Notes under the pieces: model-generated
Database searches by the model: none
Told to the model about the DNA's origin: nothing
What the model saw: only the letters and a program-made list of their open reading frames with translations
Made by a program: the position numbers and the translations under genes
Origin: Cyanophyceae cyanobacterium
Lineage (GTDB): Bacteria; Cyanobacteriota; Cyanobacteriia; Cyanobacteriales; Laspinemataceae
DNA: 64,000 nucleotides
Direction: 5' to 3'
NCBI GenBank assembly: GCA_038321985.1
Contig: JBBQFN010000010.1
Location: 1 to 64,000 of the forward strand
Part shown: piece after piece, positions 30,621-41,198 of the stretch
Position numbering within the stretch: the stretch's first letter is position 1
Layout of the letters: each line of letters starts with the position of its first letter

Positions 30621-31169
30621 ATGTTCTTAGTAACTGGAGCAACGGGAAGTTTAGGACGGCGTGTGGAAAAATATTTAGAAAAAAGCGGCTTGACTTATAC
30701 CATTTTGCGTCCTTCTGCCTTTGATTCGGCTTTAATTCCCTTTGCACAACGATTCAAAGAAACGGGGATTTATTTAGGTTTAGGTGACTTGAGAAATCGC
30801 ACTTCCCCGGTGAGTACCGATGACTTAGCCAAAATAGCTGCTGATTCGGTTTTAGTCTCCGGTGCAAAGAATCAATTTTTTGCTGTAGGAGGTCCAGAAA
30901 TTCTCTCCCGTGAAGAAATTCCCCAAATTTTTGGGCGCATTTTTAATCGGGACCCGATTATTCTCAATCCACCCATGATGGTATTAGATGGGATCCGTAA
31001 TGCTTTAGGATTGGTAAATCCGGGTTTACAGAAATCTCTGGGGACTTTGCGGGTATTAGTTTCTAATGAGTTTTTCTGCACTGCGGAAGAGATAGAAACG
31101 TTAGAGTCAACCTTTGGGATGAAGATGGAGTCTTTAGACAGTTTTATTCGCCGTTATGTTAGTGGGTGA
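30621..31169 (+). pseudogene. NmrA/atypical SDR family gene with a large in-frame internal deletion
   Basis: MFLVTGATGSLGRRV is joined directly to EKYLEKSGLTYTILRPS, so most of the Rossmann fold is absent. Confidence 0.75.
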
Positions 31170-31409
31170 TGGCCAGGTTTTAACTTTTTTAGGAACAGGG
31201 TTTAAAAACAAGATGGCGAGGTTAACTCTTTTAAAGGATTCCTCGCTATTTTCATGTTTAGAGTTCAAATTTTGGTTGAAAATAGCCGGGTTTAAGAGGA
31301 AAAACAATCTTTTTAATATTATTTTTTGTTGCGACTGGAGAAGATTTAATAAAAATCATGTTATAAGAATGTTTGCTTAACATAAAAAAGATAGGGAAAA
31401 AGAAGGAAA

Positions 31410-33722
31410 ATGTGGCGAAAATTTAGACTCCGAATCAAAAGTAAGCAGGTTTTTGAATGGGTCGTTTTGGCAATTCTTTATTATAAATCGGCCCAAATAG
31501 GAATAGCATTTGCTTCCCTACCAGACATTCCAGCAATATGGCCCCCAACAGCTATTTCACTGGGGGCAATTTTGCTGAGGGGCGATCGCATTTGGCCGGG
31601 AATTTTTCTGGGTTCTTTTATATTTGCCATATTAGATTTGGGGGGGATAACCCCTCCAGTTGCTGTTATGTCGTTGGTGGCGGTCGCCCTGAGCGAATCA
31701 ATTGGTAACACTCTAGAATCCCTGATAGTGGTTTACGCACTTCGCCACTGGATGCCCAATGGCTCGTATTTGGGTTCCGTGAAAAATGTGATTACGTTTA
31801 TACTTGCTGCCTCCACTGGACCTTTTGTGAGTGCGACCTTCGGGGTGACGGCTTTATGTTTGGCAAATCTCATCCCTTGGTCCGAGTATCATGTCATGTG
31901 GCTGACCTGGAGTTATGGTACGACGCTCACAATTCTCTTATTAACTACCCCCTTTCTAGCATGGCAGAACTGGCCGGTTTCCAAGAAAATATCCCCTAGT
32001 ACAATCCCTGAAACAATTGCTTTAGTTGGCTCCGTGCTCTTAGTAAGCTGGATGGCATTTGGACGTGGATATTCGATTGAGTACGCATTGATTCCGTTGC
32101 TGATCTGGGCAGTCTTTCGATTCGGCAAGTTCAACACCAGTCTTTTAGTGGTTTTAGTTTCAGTCATCGCTATCTTCGGTACGACTCAGGGTTTAGGTCC
32201 ATTTGTTAAAACTTCTACCCAGGAGTCTTTGTTGCTATTACAATCTTTTATGAGCGTTTGTGCGATTACTTGCTTAATCTTATCTGCGGCGATCGATGAG
32301 CGGGAAACTGTTGAGACAAAACTCCGGGAGACAAACCTGCAATTGCAAGAGAGCCAAAGCAAATTAGCTCAATTGATAGAAGCAATTCCCGTTGGGGTCG
32401 CAGTTTACAAGCAGGATGGAGAACTAACTTACTTGAATAAAACCGCAGAAGAGTTACTCAATATCAAACAGGGATCCGCACCCTCTGAGGAAAAAATTCC
32501 TGATATTTATAAAATTTACCGTGCTGGTACGGGTCATCTCTATCCAGTTGAAGAAATGCCATTTATGCGATCGCTGGCTGGCGAACGGGTGCGGGTGGAT
32601 GATTTAGAACTTCACCCAAAAGACCGGGTTTTGTCTTTAGATGTGACAAGTACCCCAATTTTTGATGAAAAAAGTACCGTAGTCGGGGCAATTGTGGCGT
32701 TTCAAGATATTACCGATCGCAAACAAGCCCAACAGGTCATCGCGGACTATAATCGCACTTTAGAAGAAAAAGTCGCAAGCCGGACTAAAGATTTACAAAA
32801 AATTCTGGCTGAACTCCAACGGACCCAAGCTCAATTGATTCATACGGAAAAAATGTCGAGCCTGGGCCAAATGGTGGCTGGAGTCGCTCATGAAATTAAT
32901 AACCCTATCGGTTTTATTTATGGAAATATCACTCATTTGGAACAATACTTTCAAGATTTACTCCAAGTTCTGAATATCTACCAAAAACAGTACCCCATTC
33001 TCCCTGACCCTTTTCAAGACCAGGTAGATAAGATAGAAATTGAATTTTTAATAGAAGACTGGCCCCAACTTCTCAAATCCATGAAGTTTGGTGCTGAACG
33101 AATTAAAAAAATTGTTGAAAATTTACGCAATTTTTCTCATTTGGATGAGTCTGAGTTAAAGTCGGCAAATATTCAAGAAGGAATTGAAAACACCTTGATG
33201 CTGGTCCAGTCTCGCCTGGATAATCCCCGTAATACTGGAAAAATTCAAGTGATTAAAGAATATGAAAACCTCCCGGAGGTGAATTGTTATGCCTCTGAAC
33301 TGAATCAGGTGTTTCTCAATCTGTTGAATAATGCGATTGATGCTTTAGAGGAACGCCAATGGACGCAGAGTAGCTTGGGGAAGGAAAATTCCCTGAATGC
33401 CAGTCCCGCTATGAGCCAGCCTTCATCCCCGGTGAGTTGTTCGGTTCCTACAATTTGGATTCGCACGCAGAGGGTGGGAAATAAGTCCATCGCCATCCAG
33501 ATTACAGATAATGGGGTGGGGATATCTGAATCTGTCCGTTCCAAGGTTTTTGACCCATTTTTTACGACAAAACCCGTGGGTTCGGGGACGGGTTTAGGGT
33601 TATCGGTTTGCTATCAAATTGTCGTGCAACAACATGGGGGCCAATTAAGTTGCCTGTCTACACCAGAATTGGGAACTGAGTTTCTGGTTCAGATTCCGAC
33701 AGTTTTGAACTGTTCAATCTAG
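31410..33722 (+). CDS. MASE1-PAS sensor histidine kinase
   Basis: IWPPTAI..GAILLRG...WPGIFLG (MASE1), PAS/PAC (AFQDITDRKQ), H-box AGVAHEINNP, N-box, DNG.G, GTGLGL. Confidence 0.92.
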   Translation: MWRKFRLRIKSKQVFEWVVLAILYYKSAQIGIAFASLPDIPAIWPPTAISLGAILLRGDRIWPGIFLGSFIFAILDLGGITPPVAVMSLVAVALSESIGNTLESLIVVYALRHWMPNGSYLGSVKNVITFILAASTGPFVSATFGVTALCLANLIPWSEYHVMWLTWSYGTTLTILLLTTPFLAWQNWPVSKKISPSTIPETIALVGSVLLVSWMAFGRGYSIEYALIPLLIWAVFRFGKFNTSLLVVLVSVIAIFGTTQGLGPFVKTSTQESLLLLQSFMSVCAITCLILSAAIDERETVETKLRETNLQLQESQSKLAQLIEAIPVGVAVYKQDGELTYLNKTAEELLNIKQGSAPSEEKIPDIYKIYRAGTGHLYPVEEMPFMRSLAGERVRVDDLELHPKDRVLSLDVTSTPIFDEKSTVVGAIVAFQDITDRKQAQQVIADYNRTLEEKVASRTKDLQKILAELQRTQAQLIHTEKMSSLGQMVAGVAHEINNPIGFIYGNITHLEQYFQDLLQVLNIYQKQYPILPDPFQDQVDKIEIEFLIEDWPQLLKSMKFGAERIKKIVENLRNFSHLDESELKSANIQEGIENTLMLVQSRLDNPRNTGKIQVIKEYENLPEVNCYASELNQVFLNLLNNAIDALEERQWTQSSLGKENSLNASPAMSQPSSPVSCSVPTIWIRTQRVGNKSIAIQITDNGVGISESVRSKVFDPFFTTKPVGSGTGLGLSVCYQIVVQQHGGQLSCLSTPELGTEFLVQIPTVLNCSI

Positions 33723-33793
33723 CGATCGCACCCTAATAATCCCAGATATCCATGAAAAATACCGAGTTGCGATCGCCCTACTCCATCTCCAAC

Positions 33794-33826
33794 AAAAAGG
33801 GGAGTCTATTTACACCCCCCTTTTTT
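33794..33826. terminator. Bidirectional intrinsic terminator
   Basis: AAAAAGGGG...CCCCCCTTTTTT between convergent transcription units. Confidence 0.65.
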
Positions 33827-33927
33827 ACTGAGTAATATTCCGTTGTCAGATTTATTAATTGTTGCTGCATTTAAGCATTTCCTTGATTGACTGGATTTAA
33901 CCTATTTAATAAGGCAACTTGAAACCA

Positions 33928-34059
33928 TTAAGCGCTGCGTTTTAGGGAACCATCAGAATATAATTCCATGGGTACTAATTCTAGTTTTCCGTTTATTTGG
34001 ACTTTCGAGTAAACCATTTTGACGAATTGGGCGGTGTTGGTTCGACAGCGAATTAACAT
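33928..34059 (-). CDS. Small 43-aa protein (MLIRCRTNTAQFVKMVYSKVQINGKLELVPMELYSDGSLKRSA), not in the ORF track
   Basis: GGAGG 8 nt upstream of ATG; TAA at 33928-33930; terminator downstream. Confidence 0.65.
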   Translation of the reverse strand: MLIRCRTNTAQFVKMVYSKVQINGKLELVPMELYSDGSLKRSA

Positions 34060-34287
34060 GATTTTGTCCTCCGATTTGCTTCTTCCTTTCTTATATTCCC
34101 ATTATCTCTCTATTCAGGATAAAAGTAGGGTGATGTGAAGCTGACGGGATTGTGATAGTTCTGTGACCTAAAGGCGATCGCCCTCATTGGCTTCGGTGAT
34201 TTCAAACACAGTACCGGATGAGGGTGAATTATTAAGAATTTGCAATGGCTTTATCACCTCTTGTTAATAAGTAATCCATCCTTTACT

Positions 34288-37200
34288 TTACCGTTCTTCG
34301 AGAGAATCTTCCCCCTTCATTCCCCTAGAATGGCGATGTACCATAAAGGTTAGAACGGTTTCATCAATACCCTTCAATTCCAAGGGACGGAATTTGACAA
34401 TTTCATCGTCATGAAGATAATCCGCCACGGCTGCGGATACTAGAATTGTACCGGGGTCGGCAGCTTCTTGCAAGCGGGAGGCGATATTGACACTCGGACC
34501 GATCGCTGTATAATCCGATCGCAAATTGCCCCCAAACATTCCCACGACTGCGGTGCCTTGATGAATCCCACAGCGGAACTGAACCCGAGGCAAGCCTTGT
34601 TCTTCCCAGTTCTGGTTCAAGCGATCAAGCGCCTGTAACATTTGTCTAGCGGTGGCGATCGCCCGGCGTACCTGCTCATTTGGGGTCAAATCCTCCGGTG
34701 CACCAAACATCGCCACGATCGCATCCCCAACAAACTTATCCACCGTCCCGCCATTATCAAACACCGCCTGAGTCATTTCTGTTAAATATTGATTGAGCAC
34801 CTCCGCTACCCGGCGCGATCGCAACGTATTTGCCAACTGGGTAAATCCGACGATATCGCTAAACAAAATGGTAATCAGACGCGGTTCCGGACGTAAATCC
34901 AGAGACAACTCACCGGAGGCCGCTTTTTGCACCATAGAAGGGGGTAAAAAGCGGCGCAGCACTGACTCGGTTAAATAAGTATTTAACTGGGCTACCCGCC
35001 GCTCATTTTCCTTAAGCGCTAGTAAATTTCTCACTTCTGCTAATAATTCGCGATCGTTAAAGGGTTTGGCGAGATAGGCATCTGCACCCTTTTCCACCCC
35101 TTCGATGCGGGTATCCTCATTGACCTTAGCCGTGAGTAAAATAATCGGCGTTCCCCTTAACGACTCATCCTCGCGAATCATTTGGATCATATCCAACCCG
35201 GAAACCAACGGCATCATCAAATCGGTGACAATTAACTGCGGACGATAGTGAAGAACTACATCGAATCCTTCCGCACCATTTCGTGCCAGAACCACCCGAT
35301 ACCCTTCTTTTGTGAGAATTCCCGAGACGTAATTTCGCAAGTCCGGATTGTCATCCACTACGACAATCGTCGGGTGGAGGGTGTGAATTGTAGAAGGTTG
35401 TGCGGGTTGAAGCATTCCTCCCAGACCCATGAATCCAATGTTATCCTCTTCCATCTGCACATCGGCTAACTCCACCGAGGCCCGCGCCGGTTCTACCCCC
35501 GTGGGAACTTCAATAATTTGATCCGGGGGTAAGTGAGAATTACCCAGGGGTAACCACACCATAAACACAGAACCTTGACCATAGTCAGACTCAACCGCAA
35601 TGGTTCCCCCATGTAGTTCTACCAGTTCCTTGGCTAAGGCTAACCCTAACCCACTGCCTTCATAGGAGCGATTAGCTGACCCTTCTGCTTGGCGAAATCG
35701 CTCAAACAAGTGGGGAATTTGGTCGGTACGGATACCAATTCCGGTATCTTTAACTTGGAGTAAAGAATAATCTCCGGCCTGTTCCAAAGAGACGATAATT
35801 TTCCCTCCAGAGGCGGTAAATTTCATAGCATTAGAGAGGAGATTGTAGAGGACTTTATCAAATTTTTCTAAATCCAAATACAACGACGGACAAGCCTGTA
35901 AGTCCGTTGCGATTTCTATACCCTTTTTCTCGCAATAGGGACGAAAAATTTCTACGGTTTGGCTGACGAATGCTAGTAAATCGCAGGGACGAAATGTAGG
36001 CTGCATTCGACCGGCATCTAAGCGCTGTAAGTCCAGGAGTTGATTCACTAATCGGAGGAGGCGGCGGGTATTCCGCAGGGCGATCGCCGCTTGGTCCAAG
36101 GGTAAATCTTGTTGATGCTCTACTGCCGATTCTAACGGACCCATCATCAGGGTTAATGGGGTGCGGAACTCGTGAGAAATATTTTGGAAAAATTCCGTTT
36201 TGAGGCGGTTGAGTTCGAGGAGTCGTTCCGCCTGCTGACGAGTTTTTTGGTAGAGGCGAGACTGATAGACGGCGATCGCCCCTTGTGCCGCCACAGCTTG
36301 CGCTAAATCGATTTCCGACTGCTGCCAGCGCCGGGGTGCCTTGACTTGGCGCAAGGTAATGCTGCCGATAATTTCGCCATCGGAGATTAAAGGAACGACT
36401 AATAAGGCCCGCGCAGGCGATCGCAGGGGTAAATCCATCACATTCCAGGCTGGCTGTTTTTCCAGGTCCTCAACCACCACTGGTGCACGAGTGGCAAGGA
36501 GTTCCTGCAACACTGGATTTCCAGTGATCGGGACGACTGATCTCGGCAATTCCCCGGAATTCGGGCGAGGTTCTGCTTTTCTGGTAAGAGACGAATAGGG
36601 AGCCGATGTCCCCCCCATTTCCGTCTCTTCATCCTCCAGTTGCTCTCCTTCCGACGCCTCTACCGCCTGTAACGCCGCATCGTACAATCCCACACACTGA
36701 ACATACTCATCTTCTACCGTCCATAAAGATAAGGCACAACCATCGGCCTGTAACGCTTGACCCAGTTGTTGGGCGATCGCTGCAAAAATATCTTTGGGAT
36801 TCAGACTCGACCGAATCGCCGTAGTAATCGTATTTACCAGGCCCTCACGCTTTGCTAGGGCCTGGACCTGCTCATAAGCCCGCGCCTGAGATAAAGATAG
36901 CACCGCCTGATCCGCCACCATAAACACCAGTTGCACCTCGTCATCCTGCCACTGACGCCCTGATCCCGATTGGTGCAATGCCAGGACCGCCATCAGTTCC
37001 AATCGAAACATCAGAGGAACAACCAAACTTGACCGAATATCTGCCGCTTTTAACGTCTGTCGCCGTTGCTGAAGTTGAGGCGTCTTTCCCTGTAACCGTT
37101 CGTCAGTTTCCACATCGTTGATCACCTCAATATCGTGGGTTTCCCACACCGTCTGTGCCAACCCCAACGGTTCTAAAACGGGACCCGATGGGGCAACTGG

Positions 37201-37848
37201 CACTTTTGGCCCTTGACCATTGGACTTGACCGTGCCGAGTTCCCGCTTTTGATACATAAACCATTCATCAATAAAGTGGCCTTCTTTATAGGGACGCAGA
37301 ATGCAGTAACTGACCTCAAACATTTGGCCGAGGGTATCGACGATCGTCTGCAAAATCTGCGCCTCAGTCGTCCGAGAGCGAATGGTATTGGTAATGGCAT
37401 TCAGTAACGATTCCTGGCGCAGGGTGCGACATAATTCCCGGGTCCGCGCTTTCAGGACATTGTGGGTATCTAATGCTTGTGCAACTAATGCCTTGAGTTC
37501 ATCAGCATCCCAAGGTTTGGTGACGTATTTAAAAACCTTTCCCTCATTAATCGCATCCACCAGGTCATCCACATCAGTGTAAGCAGTCAGAATGATCCGG
37601 ATCGCGTCAGGATACTGAGTTGCGGTGAGACTGAGTAATTCAGTGCCGCTCATTTGCGGCATCCGCTGATCCGAAATAATCACCGCCACATCCCCTGCCT
37701 TGGCGAGGAGTTCCAACGCTTGGGATGCATTTTCTGCCGTCAGCACTTCATAGTCCCGATAAAAGGTGCGATAGAGCAAGTCGAGGTTATCTGGTTCGTC
37801 ATCGACCACCAGAAGTTTCGGCTTACTATATGATGTTTCGATACTCAT
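34288..37848 (-). CDS. cyaC: Hybrid sensory adenylate cyclase CyaC (REC-GAF-GAF-HisKA-HATPase-REC-cyclase)
   Basis: LLVVDDE REC, two GAF domains, ISHEFRTPL, GSGLGL, second REC, LFSDIVGFT, VDKFVGD, DYTAIG.SVNIASRL (ATP-specifying K/D). Confidence 0.93.
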   Translation of the reverse strand: MSIETSYSKPKLLVVDDEPDNLDLLYRTFYRDYEVLTAENASQALELLAKAGDVAVIISDQRMPQMSGTELLSLTATQYPDAIRIILTAYTDVDDLVDAINEGKVFKYVTKPWDADELKALVAQALDTHNVLKARTRELCRTLRQESLLNAITNTIRSRTTEAQILQTIVDTLGQMFEVSYCILRPYKEGHFIDEWFMYQKRELGTVKSNGQGPKVPVAPSGPVLEPLGLAQTVWETHDIEVINDVETDERLQGKTPQLQQRRQTLKAADIRSSLVVPLMFRLELMAVLALHQSGSGRQWQDDEVQLVFMVADQAVLSLSQARAYEQVQALAKREGLVNTITTAIRSSLNPKDIFAAIAQQLGQALQADGCALSLWTVEDEYVQCVGLYDAALQAVEASEGEQLEDEETEMGGTSAPYSSLTRKAEPRPNSGELPRSVVPITGNPVLQELLATRAPVVVEDLEKQPAWNVMDLPLRSPARALLVVPLISDGEIIGSITLRQVKAPRRWQQSEIDLAQAVAAQGAIAVYQSRLYQKTRQQAERLLELNRLKTEFFQNISHEFRTPLTLMMGPLESAVEHQQDLPLDQAAIALRNTRRLLRLVNQLLDLQRLDAGRMQPTFRPCDLLAFVSQTVEIFRPYCEKKGIEIATDLQACPSLYLDLEKFDKVLYNLLSNAMKFTASGGKIIVSLEQAGDYSLLQVKDTGIGIRTDQIPHLFERFRQAEGSANRSYEGSGLGLALAKELVELHGGTIAVESDYGQGSVFMVWLPLGNSHLPPDQIIEVPTGVEPARASVELADVQMEEDNIGFMGLGGMLQPAQPSTIHTLHPTIVVVDDNPDLRNYVSGILTKEGYRVVLARNGAEGFDVVLHYRPQLIVTDLMMPLVSGLDMIQMIREDESLRGTPIILLTAKVNEDTRIEGVEKGADAYLAKPFNDRELLAEVRNLLALKENERRVAQLNTYLTESVLRRFLPPSMVQKAASGELSLDLRPEPRLITILFSDIVGFTQLANTLRSRRVAEVLNQYLTEMTQAVFDNGGTVDKFVGDAIVAMFGAPEDLTPNEQVRRAIATARQMLQALDRLNQNWEEQGLPRVQFRCGIHQGTAVVGMFGGNLRSDYTAIGPSVNIASRLQEAADPGTILVSAAVADYLHDDEIVKFRPLELKGIDETVLTFMVHRHSRGMKGEDSLEER

Positions 37849-38391
37849 GCACCGCTCTCCTACACTCAGGGGGAGTTATATCCAATGTCTTTATCTTTCG
37901 TGACAGCTTTCTGGTGTCAGCGAGCATGAAGTGCTCCGTTGAACTTGGGAAAAGAGTTTGAGTCTCTATAATAACCAACCTTGGCGGCGATATCCTCCTA
38001 TCTCCCTCAGTAGCCGAATTTACGGGGTTTAGTCAGTCAATCGGAATGTCCGCCCTTGGGCCTGATTGAGGGGTTAGGGGTTAGCCCGGGTATCTGCCCC
38101 TCCCCGTCCACAAAAAATGCCCAGTCTGCCTGTTGGTTCTGTTCCGGAGGAATTGACGGGGCCGATCAGCTAGCGATCGCTGGGAATAATTTTGAATAAT
38201 GACGATATTTTACTGGGAACCGTTAGATCAGGCATTAGAAATTTCACCGATCTATGCTCGGGGTCCCTTGGGTTCAGGTCAGAATTTTGTTGAATTGAGA
38301 TTTTGGCACTCAGAGATTTATGAGGAATGAAGCTGATCCCCCGTTATTCGTGAATTCAAATGAATGAGGCAATTCCTCAAAGGAGTGGGGT

Positions 38392-38428
38392 CGTCTTGCT
38401 CCCGAGTACAGCAGCCGGGAGCGAGACG
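38392..38428. repeat. GC-rich inverted repeat
   Basis: CGTCTTGCTCCCG...CGGGAGCGAGACG. Confidence 0.5.
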
Positions 38429-38550
38429 CTTCTATTTCGGCCTTTTATTATCCGCATCATTTCCAGGGCTATATAACTTTAATTCCTATAAAAAAGGAAC
38501 TCTTTTTAGAGTTTTCTCTAGGCTGGATGGGATATAGGTTCAATTGACTT

Positions 38551-41043
38551 TTAGGAAAGGACGGGTAATTCAATTATAAATTCACATCCCCCTTGAGGTA
38601 GATTTTCAAAAGTCAACCTTCCCTGATGTCTGTCTACAATAATTTTATAGGCGATCGCTAAGCCTAATCCTTTGCCACTCCCCACGGGTTTAGTCGTGAA
38701 AAAAGGATCGAAAATTTTGGTTTGATGCTGTTCGAGAATTCCGTCTCCGGTATCGCGAATGCGAATCTGTACCCACTCGCCTGTAGGGAGATCGGGCAGC
38801 TGACTGGGGAGAACTGTAAGGGAGAAAAACTCGGGTTTTTCAATCACGGTAGTGGTGATGGTAATTTGCCGATCGCCCAAATGATTCACCGTGAAATTAG
38901 CCCCATTGACCCCTGCCTCCGGTGGTTCAATGGCATCGATCGCATTAGAAAACAAATTCATAAACACCTGATTTAGTTGTCCCGGATAGCAACCTAACGG
39001 GGGAATATTACCATAGCATTTAATGATTTCGATATCATGGAGGCGATGGGCTAATAAAATCAAGGTACTTTCAATCCCTTCATGAATATTCACCCATTTT
39101 AATTCCGCTTCATCTAAGCGAGAAAAATTGCGTAAGGTCAAAACAATTTGACGCACCCGTTCAGACCCCTCCCGCATAGAGTGGAGGATTTTGGGTAAAT
39201 CGGTCTGAATAAAATTTAGATCAATTTCAGCTTCAAATTCAGCAATAGAGGGGGGAACAGGATTCACCTGAGCGCGATAACGCTCTAAGAGTGCTACAAG
39301 CTCATAGCTATAATTGGCAATGTGAGGAAGGTTCCCGTAAATGAAATTAATAGGGTTATTAATTTCGTGGGCAACTCCCGCCACCAATTGGCCTAAGCTC
39401 GACATTTTTTCGCTTTGAATCAGTTGGAATTGGGTACCATGAAGAGAAGTAATTAATTCATTTTTTTCATCAAGGGCTTTTTTAAGCTGTTGCGCTTGCG
39501 ATCGCGCTTGGCGAGCTTGGTCCTGGGTGCGTTGATATAACTGCGCCTGAGTAATCGAGATTCCAAGGTGCAAGGAAACTGATTCCATCGCCGCAATTTC
39601 ATCTTCATGCCACTCATAAGACTGAGGTTTAATTGCCGAAACATGACCTAATAAACTCTCTCGATACCAGATGGGTACACTGAGTAAACTGCCAATTTGG
39701 AGTTCCTGAAACAGAGCGCGATCTCGTTCCCCAAATTCGGAAGTTTGAGTATTGGCGATCGCCGTCACATCTTGCCCGAGCAAACTTTGAATCAACCCCG
39801 CCTCGAACTGAAATAGCTTGATTTCAATCCCTACATCCAGAGGATGTTCGCTGATTGAGAGAGATTGATTCGGGCGAGAGACTCGGTGAGTAACTCGCAG
39901 AGATCGACAGAGGTGGTGGATGCTTTCTATTAAAGAAGTCGGCCTCGAAAACAAAATTAAATCGGCTTGAGTGAGGGTTAATAATTCAGATAAGGCTGTC
40001 TCAATCGTGCGATCAAGATTTAAAGAAGTGCGAATTCGTCCGGCGATTCGGTTAAGAACTTGTTCCCGTTGGGCGCGTTTTTTGACTTGGAGATAATGCC
40101 TTGCATTTTCTAGGGCGATTGCTCCCTGTTGGGCTACCATTTCAGCAAATTTTATTTCGGATGGATTCCACAACCGACAAACCCCCTTGTAACTCAGATA
40201 AACCGTGGCGATCGCTTCATTTTGGGAGAGGATTGGGACCATCAATGTAGAGTCTAACCCGCCACAAAGCAGCAGCAATCGCTCTACTTCGGGCATTACC
40301 GCCGTTTCTACATCCCCCACCACCCAAGGGCTCTGCTGCGATCGCAATGTATCCCACTCTTTCAACCCCTCCACGCCCAGGGGGAGTCCCAACGCCGGGT
40401 TCTGGAGGGGGGAGAGCCTTTCCGTTGCTTCCTGGCGATGATAAGCCGCAATTTCCATCAAAGTTTGTCCCTGGAGATTGTGTAGGATCAACCCTGCACA
40501 GTCGGCATTAAAGGCATCACACATTTGCCGCACGATCGCCTCATAAACCTCAGTTTCATTTAGGGACTTGTGAAGCGCCCGGGCGATCGCATTTAAACGC
40601 TGTGCCGATAAAACTTGCGCCTTCTCTCCTGGAGGTTGTTGAGTGCGATCGGGATTTTTTTCAGCAGAATTTCTGGACTCGGCTGGAGATTTCACTTTTT
40701 CAGGAGTTGCCTTTAAGGATTGAAAATTTTCCGCTTCCTCCTTTTCGTCACCGTCGGTATTTTTATTCCTAGAGAGAGAGGTTGAAATCTCCGCCCGGTA
40801 GGATTGTCTTTTTTCAAAACAAAGTTGCTTGACTTTAGCAAGTGTGCCTCGGTCGATTTGGCCCAAAAACTCTAAACAATCCAGCCAACCGGCAGTCCAT
40901 GCGCCATTTTCAGCCTCATTACCCTCTAGCTGCAACTGGGTTTGTCGCCCCAAGAGTTCGGCGATCGCCACTCCTCGCGATGTCCGGTTCGTAGAACCGA
41001 CCTCATGGGGGTCAAACGGAAAAATATCTGCATTCATCAGCAT
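38551..41043 (-). CDS. Cytoplasmic double-GAF sensor histidine kinase
   Basis: Two GAF domains (LMVPI / LLSVPI), AGVAHEINNP, LNQVFMNL..NAID, DTG.G, GKGLGL. Confidence 0.9.
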   Translation of the reverse strand: MLMNADIFPFDPHEVGSTNRTSRGVAIAELLGRQTQLQLEGNEAENGAWTAGWLDCLEFLGQIDRGTLAKVKQLCFEKRQSYRAEISTSLSRNKNTDGDEKEEAENFQSLKATPEKVKSPAESRNSAEKNPDRTQQPPGEKAQVLSAQRLNAIARALHKSLNETEVYEAIVRQMCDAFNADCAGLILHNLQGQTLMEIAAYHRQEATERLSPLQNPALGLPLGVEGLKEWDTLRSQQSPWVVGDVETAVMPEVERLLLLCGGLDSTLMVPILSQNEAIATVYLSYKGVCRLWNPSEIKFAEMVAQQGAIALENARHYLQVKKRAQREQVLNRIAGRIRTSLNLDRTIETALSELLTLTQADLILFSRPTSLIESIHHLCRSLRVTHRVSRPNQSLSISEHPLDVGIEIKLFQFEAGLIQSLLGQDVTAIANTQTSEFGERDRALFQELQIGSLLSVPIWYRESLLGHVSAIKPQSYEWHEDEIAAMESVSLHLGISITQAQLYQRTQDQARQARSQAQQLKKALDEKNELITSLHGTQFQLIQSEKMSSLGQLVAGVAHEINNPINFIYGNLPHIANYSYELVALLERYRAQVNPVPPSIAEFEAEIDLNFIQTDLPKILHSMREGSERVRQIVLTLRNFSRLDEAELKWVNIHEGIESTLILLAHRLHDIEIIKCYGNIPPLGCYPGQLNQVFMNLFSNAIDAIEPPEAGVNGANFTVNHLGDRQITITTTVIEKPEFFSLTVLPSQLPDLPTGEWVQIRIRDTGDGILEQHQTKIFDPFFTTKPVGSGKGLGLAIAYKIIVDRHQGRLTFENLPQGGCEFIIELPVLS

Positions 41044-41198
41044 TTTACGTCATGTTATTATTGATAATAATTATTTATGTTGTTCGGCTTTTTGTCCACT
41101 TTATACTAATTTTATATTTGAACCCCCTCATCAGGTTATGTTATAAGGGGAGAGGGTTCCGTTCCTGTCAAAAACCAGTCCGTTTCAACCCCCTTAAT

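Noticed and set aside
31156..31380. 74-aa ORF upstream of the MASE1 kinase
   Set aside because: AT-rich promoter-like DNA with no coding signal
38551..41043. Cyanobacteriochrome photoreceptor
   Set aside because: Neither GAF has the DxCF/Asp motif or the bilin-binding CH; the same holds for the CyaC GAFs
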